From Promethearchaeota archaeon (GTDB lineage: Archaea > Asgardarchaeota > Lokiarchaeia > Sigyniarchaeales > SOKP01): DNA of 64,000 nucleotides. The DNA is taken from the NCBI GenBank assembly GCA_016839555.1, contig JAEOUA010000011.1:96001-160000 (forward strand). The letters are read 5' to 3'. Positions 27,381-35,882 of this stretch are shown one piece after another; position 1 is the stretch's first letter, and every line of letters starts with the position of its first letter. The position numbers and the translations under genes were made by a program. The notes under the pieces were generated by a model. That model did no database searches and was not told the DNA's origin. It worked only from the letters and a program-made list of their open reading frames with translations.

Positions 27381-27773
27381 ATGGAATCAGAAAATAACGC
27401 AATATTAAGTTTATTTTTCGATTTATTAGAAAGAACCATTTTAAATGTGGACCAATTGAAAAAATTAAAACAAATTAGTAAAGAGTTTGGAATCCAAGAA
27501 GATAGAATTTCAGAATTTATGGAATATTTTATAACTTATTTACTAGATGTCTTAGAGAAACAAAAAAAAAGATTACCAAAATTTATTTATAGGTTATTTA
27601 TCTCTCAATCCTCAAATTATTACTCAAATCAAAATCAAAATATTAATGAAAGAAATTCAGAAGAAAAAAATTCAAAAATTAAAGAACTTGAGGGTTCATT
27701 AATACAGAGAGATGAACTTTTAGAAAAAATAGCACAGCGCCTTGACATCATCCGCAAAAAAATAGCAGACTAA
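27381..27773 (+). CDS. Small coiled-coil protein, last gene of the operon
   Basis: GGTGA SD 7 nt upstream; helical/coiled-coil sequence. Confidence 0.7.
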   Translation: MESENNAILSLFFDLLERTILNVDQLKKLKQISKEFGIQEDRISEFMEYFITYLLDVLEKQKKRLPKFIYRLFISQSSNYYSNQNQNINERNSEEKNSKIKELEGSLIQRDELLEKIAQRLDIIRKKIAD

Positions 27774-27841
27774 GAAGAAAATAAGCAGAAAATAGAATAC
27801 TTTACTTACAACCACTTCAAAAGGGAGAAGTAAAGAAGATT

Positions 27842-27863
27842 TCTACTTTATATATAAAGTAGA
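27842..27863. repeat. Perfect 22-bp palindrome TCTACTTTATATATAAAGTAGA
   Basis: Self-complementary; read directly from the sequence. Confidence 0.85.
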
Positions 27864-28295
27864 TCACCAAAAGACAAAAATCCAGGGATTTAAGTAAAGT
27901 TTCTATTCCCTAGGGTCTTTATTTATGACCCCCATCTTACTTTATTTTAAGGTCATATTTAAATCTAAGGGTTTTAGATTCTTAATATAAAAATTAAAAA
28001 TAGATATCTAATGCGAAAAAGGTTATATGAACAAGAAAATTAAAAAACATTTCAATTTATTATCTCTTGAATGAGAATTTCAAATTGTCTCTTTTTATTT
28101 GAAAAATCACTATAATTCTTTTCAATTTGAACTATTTAACAATTTTTGGACTATAAAAATATTTTTAACTATGATTATCTTATATTGTTAAAATAGATCG
28201 ATAATTGTTAAATTTTTAAATTTATTTCATTATATTAATTATAAGATATTAATAAAAAATATAGAGATTTTTTGATTTCAAAAGGGTGATTTAAG

Positions 28296-28943
28296 ATAGG
28301 ACTTAAAGATAAGCTCTTCCCGAAAAAAAACCGTGATAAGGACGTTACTATAACGAAAGCCAAAACACATATCAGGAAATTAGCTCTTTCCAATAAAAAT
28401 TATAGCCAGCGAGCTGAAATTAGTAGAAAGAATGCGAAAATTGCATTAAAGCGCGGTGAAAAAGATAGAGCGAAGAATTATCTTATTCAATATAAAAATT
28501 ATCAGAGAAAAATGGATAGAGCCAATAAAATCAGAACAAGAATAGAGAGACAAATTCAAGCAATCGAGGAGGGACAGTTAGTCGCAGATACCGGTAATTT
28601 AATGGGTGGGATGAGGGATCAACTAAAAGGAATTGCTACAAAGGCATCTCCTACTGAGGCTGCTGAGATAGCTGAAGATTCTGAATTGTATGTAACTGAA
28701 ATAGAGGAGGCTGCAGATATTTTAGCTGGTGATCCAGAGATTGATTTGGCAATTTCAATAGACGATGAATTGGAGAAATTAGAATCAGAAATGTTGTTAG
28801 AGCAAGGTGGAGAAATGCCTGAAGTGCCTGCCGATGATTTGCAATACATTTCTGACGTGCCTCTTGAAGAATTACCTCAAGAGGATTCCAAAGACAAACT
28901 TGAAGAAGAAATAAAAAAGCTTCGCGAAGAATTGGAAAAATAA
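28296..28943 (+). CDS. Snf7-family ESCRT-III protein (Vps20/32/60-like), 215 aa, probable ATA start
   Basis: Frame of ORF 28512 extends 72 codons upstream: (M)GLKDKLFPKK...AKIALKRGEKDRAKNYL; acidic C-terminus IDDELEKLE...MPEVP...EEEIKKLREEL; GGTGA SD at 28285-28289. Confidence 0.85.
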   Translation: MGLKDKLFPKKNRDKDVTITKAKTHIRKLALSNKNYSQRAEISRKNAKIALKRGEKDRAKNYLIQYKNYQRKMDRANKIRTRIERQIQAIEEGQLVADTGNLMGGMRDQLKGIATKASPTEAAEIAEDSELYVTEIEEAADILAGDPEIDLAISIDDELEKLESEMLLEQGGEMPEVPADDLQYISDVPLEELPQEDSKDKLEEEIKKLREELEK

Positions 28944-28951
28944 TTTAATCT

Positions 28952-29983
28952 TCATTTTTTCACTGAATTTATTGCGGATACCATATTTTTTAATTTTCTG
29001 AATGCGATTTGATAACCAAATTCTTCTTTTTCAAAAAGCTGTCTAATTGAACCAAATCCACAATCCGGTTTTACAAACAAGTTTTTTTGACCGTATAAAT
29101 CAATCGCCTTCTTGATGCTATTTATAATTTCAGGGACCTTTTCAACATAATCCTCAATTTTACCGTTTTGTATTGGTTGTAATTTAGTTTTCACCGCACC
29201 GAATGCCAAAAATTTATCTTCTTGCATAAAATGCTCTTTTTGGAAAATATCATAGTTTTTAGGATTTGTTTGGAATTCGTGATCTAACACATTTACTTCT
29301 GTTTGTAATAATATATCTCGTAATTTCGGGCTTATTTGACCACATACATGAACTGAAGATAATTCTTTAATACCCGAAATCGCTTTATTTAAGGTTTTGA
29401 TAATAAAATCTTCAGAATGAAACATGACGCGTTTTCCAATCAGAAGACTCAAGATAGGTTCATCCATAGAGATAAGATTTATTCCCATATCACTATAAGC
29501 TTTCCCGATCTGCTTCATGATTTCTGCAAATTTATCTACAATCCAATCAACCATAATTGCTTTAGGTTCATTAAAAATAATGGGTTTTATCCCTTTAGCA
29601 AGGGTTTCTTTTAAAATAATTTCACTTGCTAGGGTAAATGGTCCTGTTAAACAAGCTTTTAATCCTTTAATTTTTTTTTCAAGATTTGGATGGGTATTCA
29701 TGAAATTCACTAGAAATTTTCCATATTGTAAAGCTACAGGTCGAGTAGGAATTTCAAAATCATTAAATAGATAAAAATTATTATTCTCTTGAACAAGCTC
29801 GGGAATTTCCTTACTTAACGGCGATAAAAATTGCGATATCATATCAATGAGTTGACCATAGCAGACATAATCAATCCCTATATTGATTTGGTCATTAATT
29901 GTTCGTGCGAGATTTTCGTCCGTATTTTCAAGCGGAAACGAGCCAACTACAGTAGAATAGAGCCCATTATCTTTTAAATCCAT
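28952..29983 (-). CDS. Cobalamin-independent methionine synthase catalytic-domain (core MetE-like) protein
   Basis: VVGSFP, LTGPFTLA, DEP, HVC, E, PDCG zinc ligands. Confidence 0.85.
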   Translation of the reverse strand: MDLKDNGLYSTVVGSFPLENTDENLARTINDQINIGIDYVCYGQLIDMISQFLSPLSKEIPELVQENNNFYLFNDFEIPTRPVALQYGKFLVNFMNTHPNLEKKIKGLKACLTGPFTLASEIILKETLAKGIKPIIFNEPKAIMVDWIVDKFAEIMKQIGKAYSDMGINLISMDEPILSLLIGKRVMFHSEDFIIKTLNKAISGIKELSSVHVCGQISPKLRDILLQTEVNVLDHEFQTNPKNYDIFQKEHFMQEDKFLAFGAVKTKLQPIQNGKIEDYVEKVPEIINSIKKAIDLYGQKNLFVKPDCGFGSIRQLFEKEEFGYQIAFRKLKNMVSAINSVKK

Positions 29984-30092
29984 ATAATGTATAAGATTAA
30001 AAAAAATTTAAATTTATAAGGTTTAATAAAATTGTAATAAAATAAAAATATTTTACCCTTTATAAGAAATTAAAAAGATAGAAAGTATTAGA

Positions 30093-32111
30093 TTACCATC
30101 GAAATTCTTCTTTTAAACGTAAATTCTTAATTTTAGTATTAACATTAAAAAGGTCTCTTTTTAGAGATAGATGACTTTTCATAAAATCCTTACGCGTTAT
30201 CTCTCCTTCATCGAATTTATTTTCAAATTTTTTCATTGTTTCTAAAATACTATACCGTTCTCCTTCAAGTTTATTATATTTTTCCTGTAAATCTTCAAGT
30301 TCTTTCTCATAAGAATTAAATTCAAAATCACTTCGGCCTTGATAATTGGATGGAAATCGTTCATTTTGAAAATATTCGGAGAAATGATTTCGATTATAAT
30401 CAGGAAAATCAGAATTTATATGGGGAGTATTGACCCATGACTGAGAAGATCTATTCAATGATCTAAAATTCATAAAATCATTAGCTGCTCTATTCACTTG
30501 GTTTAGAAAGGGCTGTCCATATTCTTTTTGAGCTTGCTCCAATTTTTTCATAAGGAAACTCTTTTCTTCCTTATTAGAATTGGGATTTTTATTATAATTG
30601 TGATATCTAGAAGGACAATTCTTGAATTGTTGAAGATCGAACCTATTTTCAAATCCTCCCTTATCATTATAATTATTAGAAGGAAAATAATTACAGGCAT
30701 TGGGATTATTTTGATAAAATGGAGGTTTATCATTAGAAGAGAAAAAATTTCTCTGATTATTAAAATTAGAATCAAAATGATTGGAATTTTGATAATTATT
30801 GTAATAATTAGGTGATATGTTAGAATCCCCATCATATGATTGAAATTGATTTATGTGTTGGGAATTTTGAATTTTTATTTGATTTTTTTCGCTATTTATA
30901 TTGCATCTTAAACTAAAAAAGGAATTTATACCTTCTTCAATGAAATTCTTCAAACTACTCAAATCAATATCTATATTGGTAAGCTTTTGCCAAGATTTTT
31001 TATCATAAATACTGGTTTCATCAAAATTTCTTGCTAATAAGATATATTCTATTACTCGTGAAATCGCATCATTAGGAAGAGTAAGCTCGTAATTGCCGTA
31101 AGCAAATTCAATATAGAGTTTTTTAAATAGTTTGCCAATTTCTTTAATTCGTATGATATCCTCGACAGGGGCTTTAAAAATGAGATTTTGTTTATTTTTT
31201 ATTACACCATATTCATGCACGAAAGAAAGGTCATAATTCGTAATAAATAACACTCCTTTTTGTCTCTGAAGAACTCCTTTATTAGTATGACTATTTGACA
31301 GTTTAGCATGAATCGCATAAATCGGTTTTTCATCCTCAGCTAAATTTATAAATCTCTTATATTCTAAGAAAAAATCTGTGATTTTATTTATAAATTTCAA
31401 ATTTTTTTTAATTGAATTAAGTTCTTCTTCAATTTTTTCAATTTTCTTTTCAATAAAAGATTCAATTGATTTATGACTCTCATGAAGATTATCTAATATA
31501 CCTTCAATAATTCTTACATTATCGTTAGGCTGTGAATAAATGTCAAAAAAATAATCTTTATTTAATGCTAAATGATGGAAATATATGTTTATTTTTTCTA
31601 GAAGAGTACTTTCAAGATATTCTAATAACTTAAATATGGAAACTAATTCGGATTCCATTTTAGGAAAATGGTAACATTTAATTGGAGGATCTCTGGCCTT
31701 TTTAATATTATCTCGTGTTAAATGTAGGGCATTAATAAGGTTTCTAAACGGCTTTATAAGCATACGTGTATTTTTGATCAATTCCAAAAATCTTTGTTCT
31801 AAATCCTCTTTTTTTTCAAAGATATTGACGATTCTATGAGAACTACATCTAGGACAAGATTTAATATTTTGATTTGTTTTAATTACATTTTCTGAACCAC
31901 ATTCTTCACATATTCGTTTATTTCCTGATTCCTCAATATTTTTAGAATTACATTCTTGACAAATAAAAGTCTCTACTTTCTCATTCGCTAAACAGTCAGA
32001 ACAACAACTAGCACCACAATTCTCGCAGTAATAAGCAATTTCGCGCCTTCTCTGGCAGAAATGACAGACTTGAGGTGTAAGTTTGTGATTATAAGGATAG
32101 TTTTCTGACAT
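30093..32111 (-). CDS. Multidomain protein: Cys-rich Zn fingers, coiled coil, PH/GRAM-like domain, N-rich low-complexity region, C-terminal coiled coil
   Basis: CHFC..CENC..CCSDC, three more CxxC; GVLFITNYDLSF; N/F/Q-rich tract. Confidence 0.7.
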   Translation of the reverse strand: MSENYPYNHKLTPQVCHFCQRRREIAYYCENCGASCCSDCLANEKVETFICQECNSKNIEESGNKRICEECGSENVIKTNQNIKSCPRCSSHRIVNIFEKKEDLEQRFLELIKNTRMLIKPFRNLINALHLTRDNIKKARDPPIKCYHFPKMESELVSIFKLLEYLESTLLEKINIYFHHLALNKDYFFDIYSQPNDNVRIIEGILDNLHESHKSIESFIEKKIEKIEEELNSIKKNLKFINKITDFFLEYKRFINLAEDEKPIYAIHAKLSNSHTNKGVLQRQKGVLFITNYDLSFVHEYGVIKNKQNLIFKAPVEDIIRIKEIGKLFKKLYIEFAYGNYELTLPNDAISRVIEYILLARNFDETSIYDKKSWQKLTNIDIDLSSLKNFIEEGINSFFSLRCNINSEKNQIKIQNSQHINQFQSYDGDSNISPNYYNNYQNSNHFDSNFNNQRNFFSSNDKPPFYQNNPNACNYFPSNNYNDKGGFENRFDLQQFKNCPSRYHNYNKNPNSNKEEKSFLMKKLEQAQKEYGQPFLNQVNRAANDFMNFRSLNRSSQSWVNTPHINSDFPDYNRNHFSEYFQNERFPSNYQGRSDFEFNSYEKELEDLQEKYNKLEGERYSILETMKKFENKFDEGEITRKDFMKSHLSLKRDLFNVNTKIKNLRLKEEFRW

Positions 32112-32287
32112 ACTATTTTTAACCCAACTTAAGTTTAGCTTACTTTTAACAAATCGCTTATTAAAAAAAGGTTAAAATTACATTAAAAATTAAAATAATA
32201 TTCTAATGTTACCTAAAAAATATTTTAATGAATGCGCAATTATATTAATTAGAAGGATGCATTAAGAATATTCCGAATTTTATCAGA

Positions 32288-32764
32288 ATGGAAAACAAAT
32301 TTGGAATGAAAAATTCAACCAATTTTGGTATTATTGTTTTTCTAGATTTAGATAATTTTAAAAATTCTATGAGGGTAAAGGGTTGGACAAGATATTCTCC
32401 AAACCCTATTACTGGATATTTAACAAATAAAATTGTGGAATATATTCGAAAATTTAGGGCAATTGATATTTGGGGACTAAATAGAAGAGAAGGAACCGAA
32501 GAAGCGATTCTTTTCTTTTATCAAGATCAAGATTTTGTTCAGGATCTTATGAATACCTTACGAGAAGAAATTTTTACAATAGCAAACGAATTAAATGCCC
32601 CAACTTCGTTAAGTATTGGAATGTGTAGAGGAGATGTGCCTAAGTTAAAAAAAATTACACGTCATCGCAAAAATGAATTTAAGAAAGATCCCGCGATTTT
32701 TTTAGCTTATAAAGCATTGAAAAAGGCAAAAAAGAAAGGCGGAAATTGTATCGTTCAACTATGA
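32288..32764 (+). CDS. GGDEF/nucleotide-cyclase-like fold protein
   Basis: FLDLDNFK, GTEE, SLSIG, AYKALKKAKKKGGN. Confidence 0.65.
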   Translation: MENKFGMKNSTNFGIIVFLDLDNFKNSMRVKGWTRYSPNPITGYLTNKIVEYIRKFRAIDIWGLNRREGTEEAILFFYQDQDFVQDLMNTLREEIFTIANELNAPTSLSIGMCRGDVPKLKKITRHRKNEFKKDPAIFLAYKALKKAKKKGGNCIVQL

Positions 32765-32848
32765 ATTAATTAGCTTTTTTTATTAAGATTTTAATTATTT
32801 ATTCTCTTAAGAAAGCTATAAATTTTATATTTTTAATAAAGTTTTATT

Positions 32849-33139
32849 TCAAAATTTTTTCAGTCTTTTCTTCATATTTTCTAGTGCTGCTTTACCATAT
32901 CTAATTTCAAATTCTCTTTCGTACATTTTGCTACGTACTTCGGCTTCTCGTTTTTGTCTCTCATCCCATTCTTTCCTTAGGCGTTCCGCATTTGCTTGGA
33001 TTTGTTGCGCTTTAAACATTTCTTCTGCTTGTTGTTTAATCTGCCTATCCCACTGCATAGGCGACAGAGAATAGCGTAATCCCCCATTCGGTTTTTTTAG
33101 ATTTTTTTTAAGCATTTCTTCAATTTCTTTTTGGTTCAT
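32849..33139 (-). CDS. Hypothetical helical protein
   Basis: 96-aa charged ORF with conventional promoter GATAAAAACCTTTAAATA upstream. Confidence 0.6.
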   Translation of the reverse strand: MNQKEIEEMLKKNLKKPNGGLRYSLSPMQWDRQIKQQAEEMFKAQQIQANAERLRKEWDERQKREAEVRSKMYEREFEIRYGKAALENMKKRLKKF

Positions 33140-33474
33140 TCCTTAAATTCTCTTTTAGATTTTTAATTAATTATTAGAGTATTTAGAAGAAAAATATTAT
33201 TAGCTTATATTTAAAGGTTTTTATCAAAGTATTTCAAAGAACTATATTCATATTATCTATTACTATGTTTTAAGTATATATTATAATAAGAAAGAAATAT
33301 GTACACTTTTTAATTAATTAAAAAATTTTTAAAGAAAAATTCAAAATTAGGGGAAATTTTCACTAATTGTCTAATAATTAGAAGAAAGTAAAAACAAAAA
33401 GAGTATATAGTATTATTTAGATTGAAACGAAGTGAATATCCATTTAGCCTAAGAAATTAATATAGGAATGCAAA

Positions 33475-34050
33475 ATTTTCTTAATAGATATGCATATTCA
33501 TCTAAAAGATAGGTCTCCTTGCTCAATTTTATCAATCGAAGAGTTATATAGATTTCTTTCGCCTCGTTTGGATGGAATTTGTATCACAGATCATTGGGTT
33601 TTACAGGAAATTAAAGGAATAAGTTTCGAGGAAGTTAAAACTTTTTTTAGAGTAGAGCTCACAAGTAGAGAAGGGGATATTCTGGCATATAACTTAAATA
33701 TGATGCCCTCAAAAAATTTAGGAGCAACCCAAGTTATCGATTTTATTCATCGGCAGGGAGGTATAGCAGTTGCGGCTCATCCTTTTTCAAATCGACATAT
33801 TGCATTTTATGATGCGGTTTTTAATTACAATTTTGATGCTATAGAAATTAATGGATCTATTGGAAAAAGTAGCAATGAAAAAGCTAGAAGAGCAGCAAAT
33901 AAAATGGATATCCCTCTAATTGGTGGAAGTGATTCACATTCTAAGACCCAATTGAATACAGTCGCAACAAAATTTAAAAATAAAATTTATTCATTATCAG
34001 ACATCATTAAGGAAATAAAAGATAAAGATTGTAAGATTATTCGAATATAG
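33475..34050 (+). CDS. PHP-domain phosphoesterase
   Basis: (D)MHIH, ITDH, AAHP, EING, GGSDSH; start probably upstream of ATG 33490. Confidence 0.85.
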   Translation: MFLIDMHIHLKDRSPCSILSIEELYRFLSPRLDGICITDHWVLQEIKGISFEEVKTFFRVELTSREGDILAYNLNMMPSKNLGATQVIDFIHRQGGIAVAAHPFSNRHIAFYDAVFNYNFDAIEINGSIGKSSNEKARRAANKMDIPLIGGSDSHSKTQLNTVATKFKNKIYSLSDIIKEIKDKDCKIIRI

Positions 34051-34097
34051 AGAATATTTTCGAAAGGAAATTATAAAATATAGACATAAAAAAGAAT

Positions 34098-34391
34098 CTA
34101 CTTAATTATTTTTATTTTCTGACCTAGAGCTTGCCCAGGAACTCCCTTTTTTTTAAAGTGAGCGCGAACTGCTCCATTATTACCATGAGCTCGTGTTATT
34201 TTTCCTTTTAATTCTCTACCACTTGAAGTATACCATACAACAGTTCTTCCGATGAGCTTATTTGCTTCTTTACGTGAAGTGATACCGGGAAAAACTAATA
34301 TACAGTGTTTTGGATGCACTGTATGGCGCCCTGTTCTATAATTTGCAATAATTCCTTCTTTACCGATTAATTCTAATTTATTCATAGTCAA
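34098..34391 (-). CDS. rpl35ae: 50S ribosomal protein L35Ae
   Basis: GKITRAHGNNGAVRAHF..PGQALG. Confidence 0.95.
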   Translation of the reverse strand: MTMNKLELIGKEGIIANYRTGRHTVHPKHCILVFPGITSRKEANKLIGRTVVWYTSSGRELKGKITRAHGNNGAVRAHFKKKGVPGQALGQKIKIIK

Positions 34392-34482
34392 AATTCCGAT
34401 TTTATAAGAAGTTCTTGTTTTATACTTACCAGATAAAATATTTAAAAAAATAAAAAATTTTAGGTTTTAGATTTAGTGGACT

Positions 34483-35670
34483 CTATGGGATTAATTTAAA
34501 AGCTTTTTGATATGCATCCTTATGAATTTTATACAATTGTTCATTAAATTCCTTTTCAGCTAAATTTTTCTCATCTTGAATAAGATTTACTACTTTTTGG
34601 TAAATTTTAGTTTCAATCGCTTCTCTTTCTTTATCATAATTTTTCTCAGCACTCTTGCCTAAAGATCTAACATATTTAGAATGCCTCAGCCATTCCCAAT
34701 CATTATTTTTCACCTCATAAGGTCCCGGCGCTTCGACCTTTTGGTTATCTATTGGAAAGATATATGGCTTATAGACACTTTTGCAGGGGCGAGTAGTGCC
34801 TGTATACCAATGGATATTTTTTGCATCATCTCTTAATAAAGAGACTTGAGAACCTGTAGATTCGAATCCTCCATGCATGCATATGCTATTAGCTCTATAA
34901 TGATCTCTTAGAAATTCCATCATCATACGATCTGTAATATGACCTTTATTATCATTTAATAATTGTGTTGATCTTCCTAATCGAGAAGAAGGGGAATATG
35001 ATGGTGCAGATCCAGAAAATGTTATAGCAAAATCAAATTGATCATCGTCTTTACAATAGCCTTTTTCAATAGCGTGCTGAATAATTCCTTCTCGTCTTAT
35101 ATCTCCTTTTCCTCTAATAGTCAAACCATTTGAGATGGATCTTACATCTTTAATTTTTTCAGCAATCCACCAGTCATCCGCCGTCTCCAAGACAAAAGCT
35201 TCTTTCTGGTCAGCAATTAGAAAAGAATTATGATAAGTCCATCTTGGGTTATTATAGGCACAACCGCCGCCTTGATGATACTTTTCTAGTAAACTCGTTA
35301 TTGCATTCAAAGCATTTATGGCATTTTCTCCTCTTTCAAGTCCTAATCGGAGTAAATCCATTCCCAATAAACCTTCACTTCGTAGTGGTTCATGAGTATT
35401 TACTGCTTCATTACCAATAACCACTCCATATTCATTACACCCCATTTCCGCACCCCACATCCACCAAGGTTGGCTTATAAGAACTGCTGCAGTTTCACTT
35501 ATTTGAGGAATTGTTATATAGGTACATTGTACTTCTTCATCATTATTATGTTTCATTCGAGGATTATAAGTGATTAATTGAACTTCTTCACTTGGTCTGT
35601 CCGAATTTTTTCCAAAAATAACATTCCCATCAGATGTAGAATTTTTTAAAGCAACTAATGTATCACACAT
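34483..35670 (-). CDS. Peptidase C69 / secernin-like protein
   Basis: MCDT N-terminal nucleophile, KNSDR, WGAEMGCNEYGVVIGNE. Confidence 0.92.
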   Translation of the reverse strand: MCDTLVALKNSTSDGNVIFGKNSDRPSEEVQLITYNPRMKHNNDEEVQCTYITIPQISETAAVLISQPWWMWGAEMGCNEYGVVIGNEAVNTHEPLRSEGLLGMDLLRLGLERGENAINALNAITSLLEKYHQGGGCAYNNPRWTYHNSFLIADQKEAFVLETADDWWIAEKIKDVRSISNGLTIRGKGDIRREGIIQHAIEKGYCKDDDQFDFAITFSGSAPSYSPSSRLGRSTQLLNDNKGHITDRMMMEFLRDHYRANSICMHGGFESTGSQVSLLRDDAKNIHWYTGTTRPCKSVYKPYIFPIDNQKVEAPGPYEVKNNDWEWLRHSKYVRSLGKSAEKNYDKEREAIETKIYQKVVNLIQDEKNLAEKEFNEQLYKIHKDAYQKAFKLIP

Positions 35671-35882
35671 TTTCTATAACTTTAATTATTTTATTATTTT
35701 AAAAATATTCTATTATAATTTTTAGAAATTAATTACTCTATGATAATACTATTAGATCAACTTTTAATTTCATATAAAGTAAATTAAAATTTGATAAATA
35801 ATATAAAAATACTTTAAAATTAAATTCTGATTTTAATTAATTATAAAAATAATATAAAAACCTTAACTGATATTGATTTGTT

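Noticed and set aside
1-27773. Cluster as an integrated conjugative element or provirus
   Set aside because: No integrase, relaxase, capsid, replication gene, tRNA target or flanking direct repeat was recognised, and the VirB4-like ATPase motifs are degenerate. The left edge is outside the window, so this is not fully excluded.
27842-27863. Palindrome as a Xer dif site
   Set aside because: It lacks the 11-6-11 arm-spacer layout of archaeal dif sites.
28512-28943. 143-aa ORF as the complete protein
   Set aside because: It lacks the N-terminal ESCRT-III helices, which are encoded in frame upstream.
30500-30860. Repetitive ATT/AAT-rich DNA as a repeat array or CRISPR
   Set aside because: Explained by Asn-rich coding sequence; no fixed repeat-spacer periodicity.
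34438-34460. T-rich TATA-like sequence upstream of rpl35ae as a regulon motif
   Set aside because: It coincides with the T-tract terminator of the upstream peptidase gene. It illustrates the false-positive risk in AT-rich DNA.
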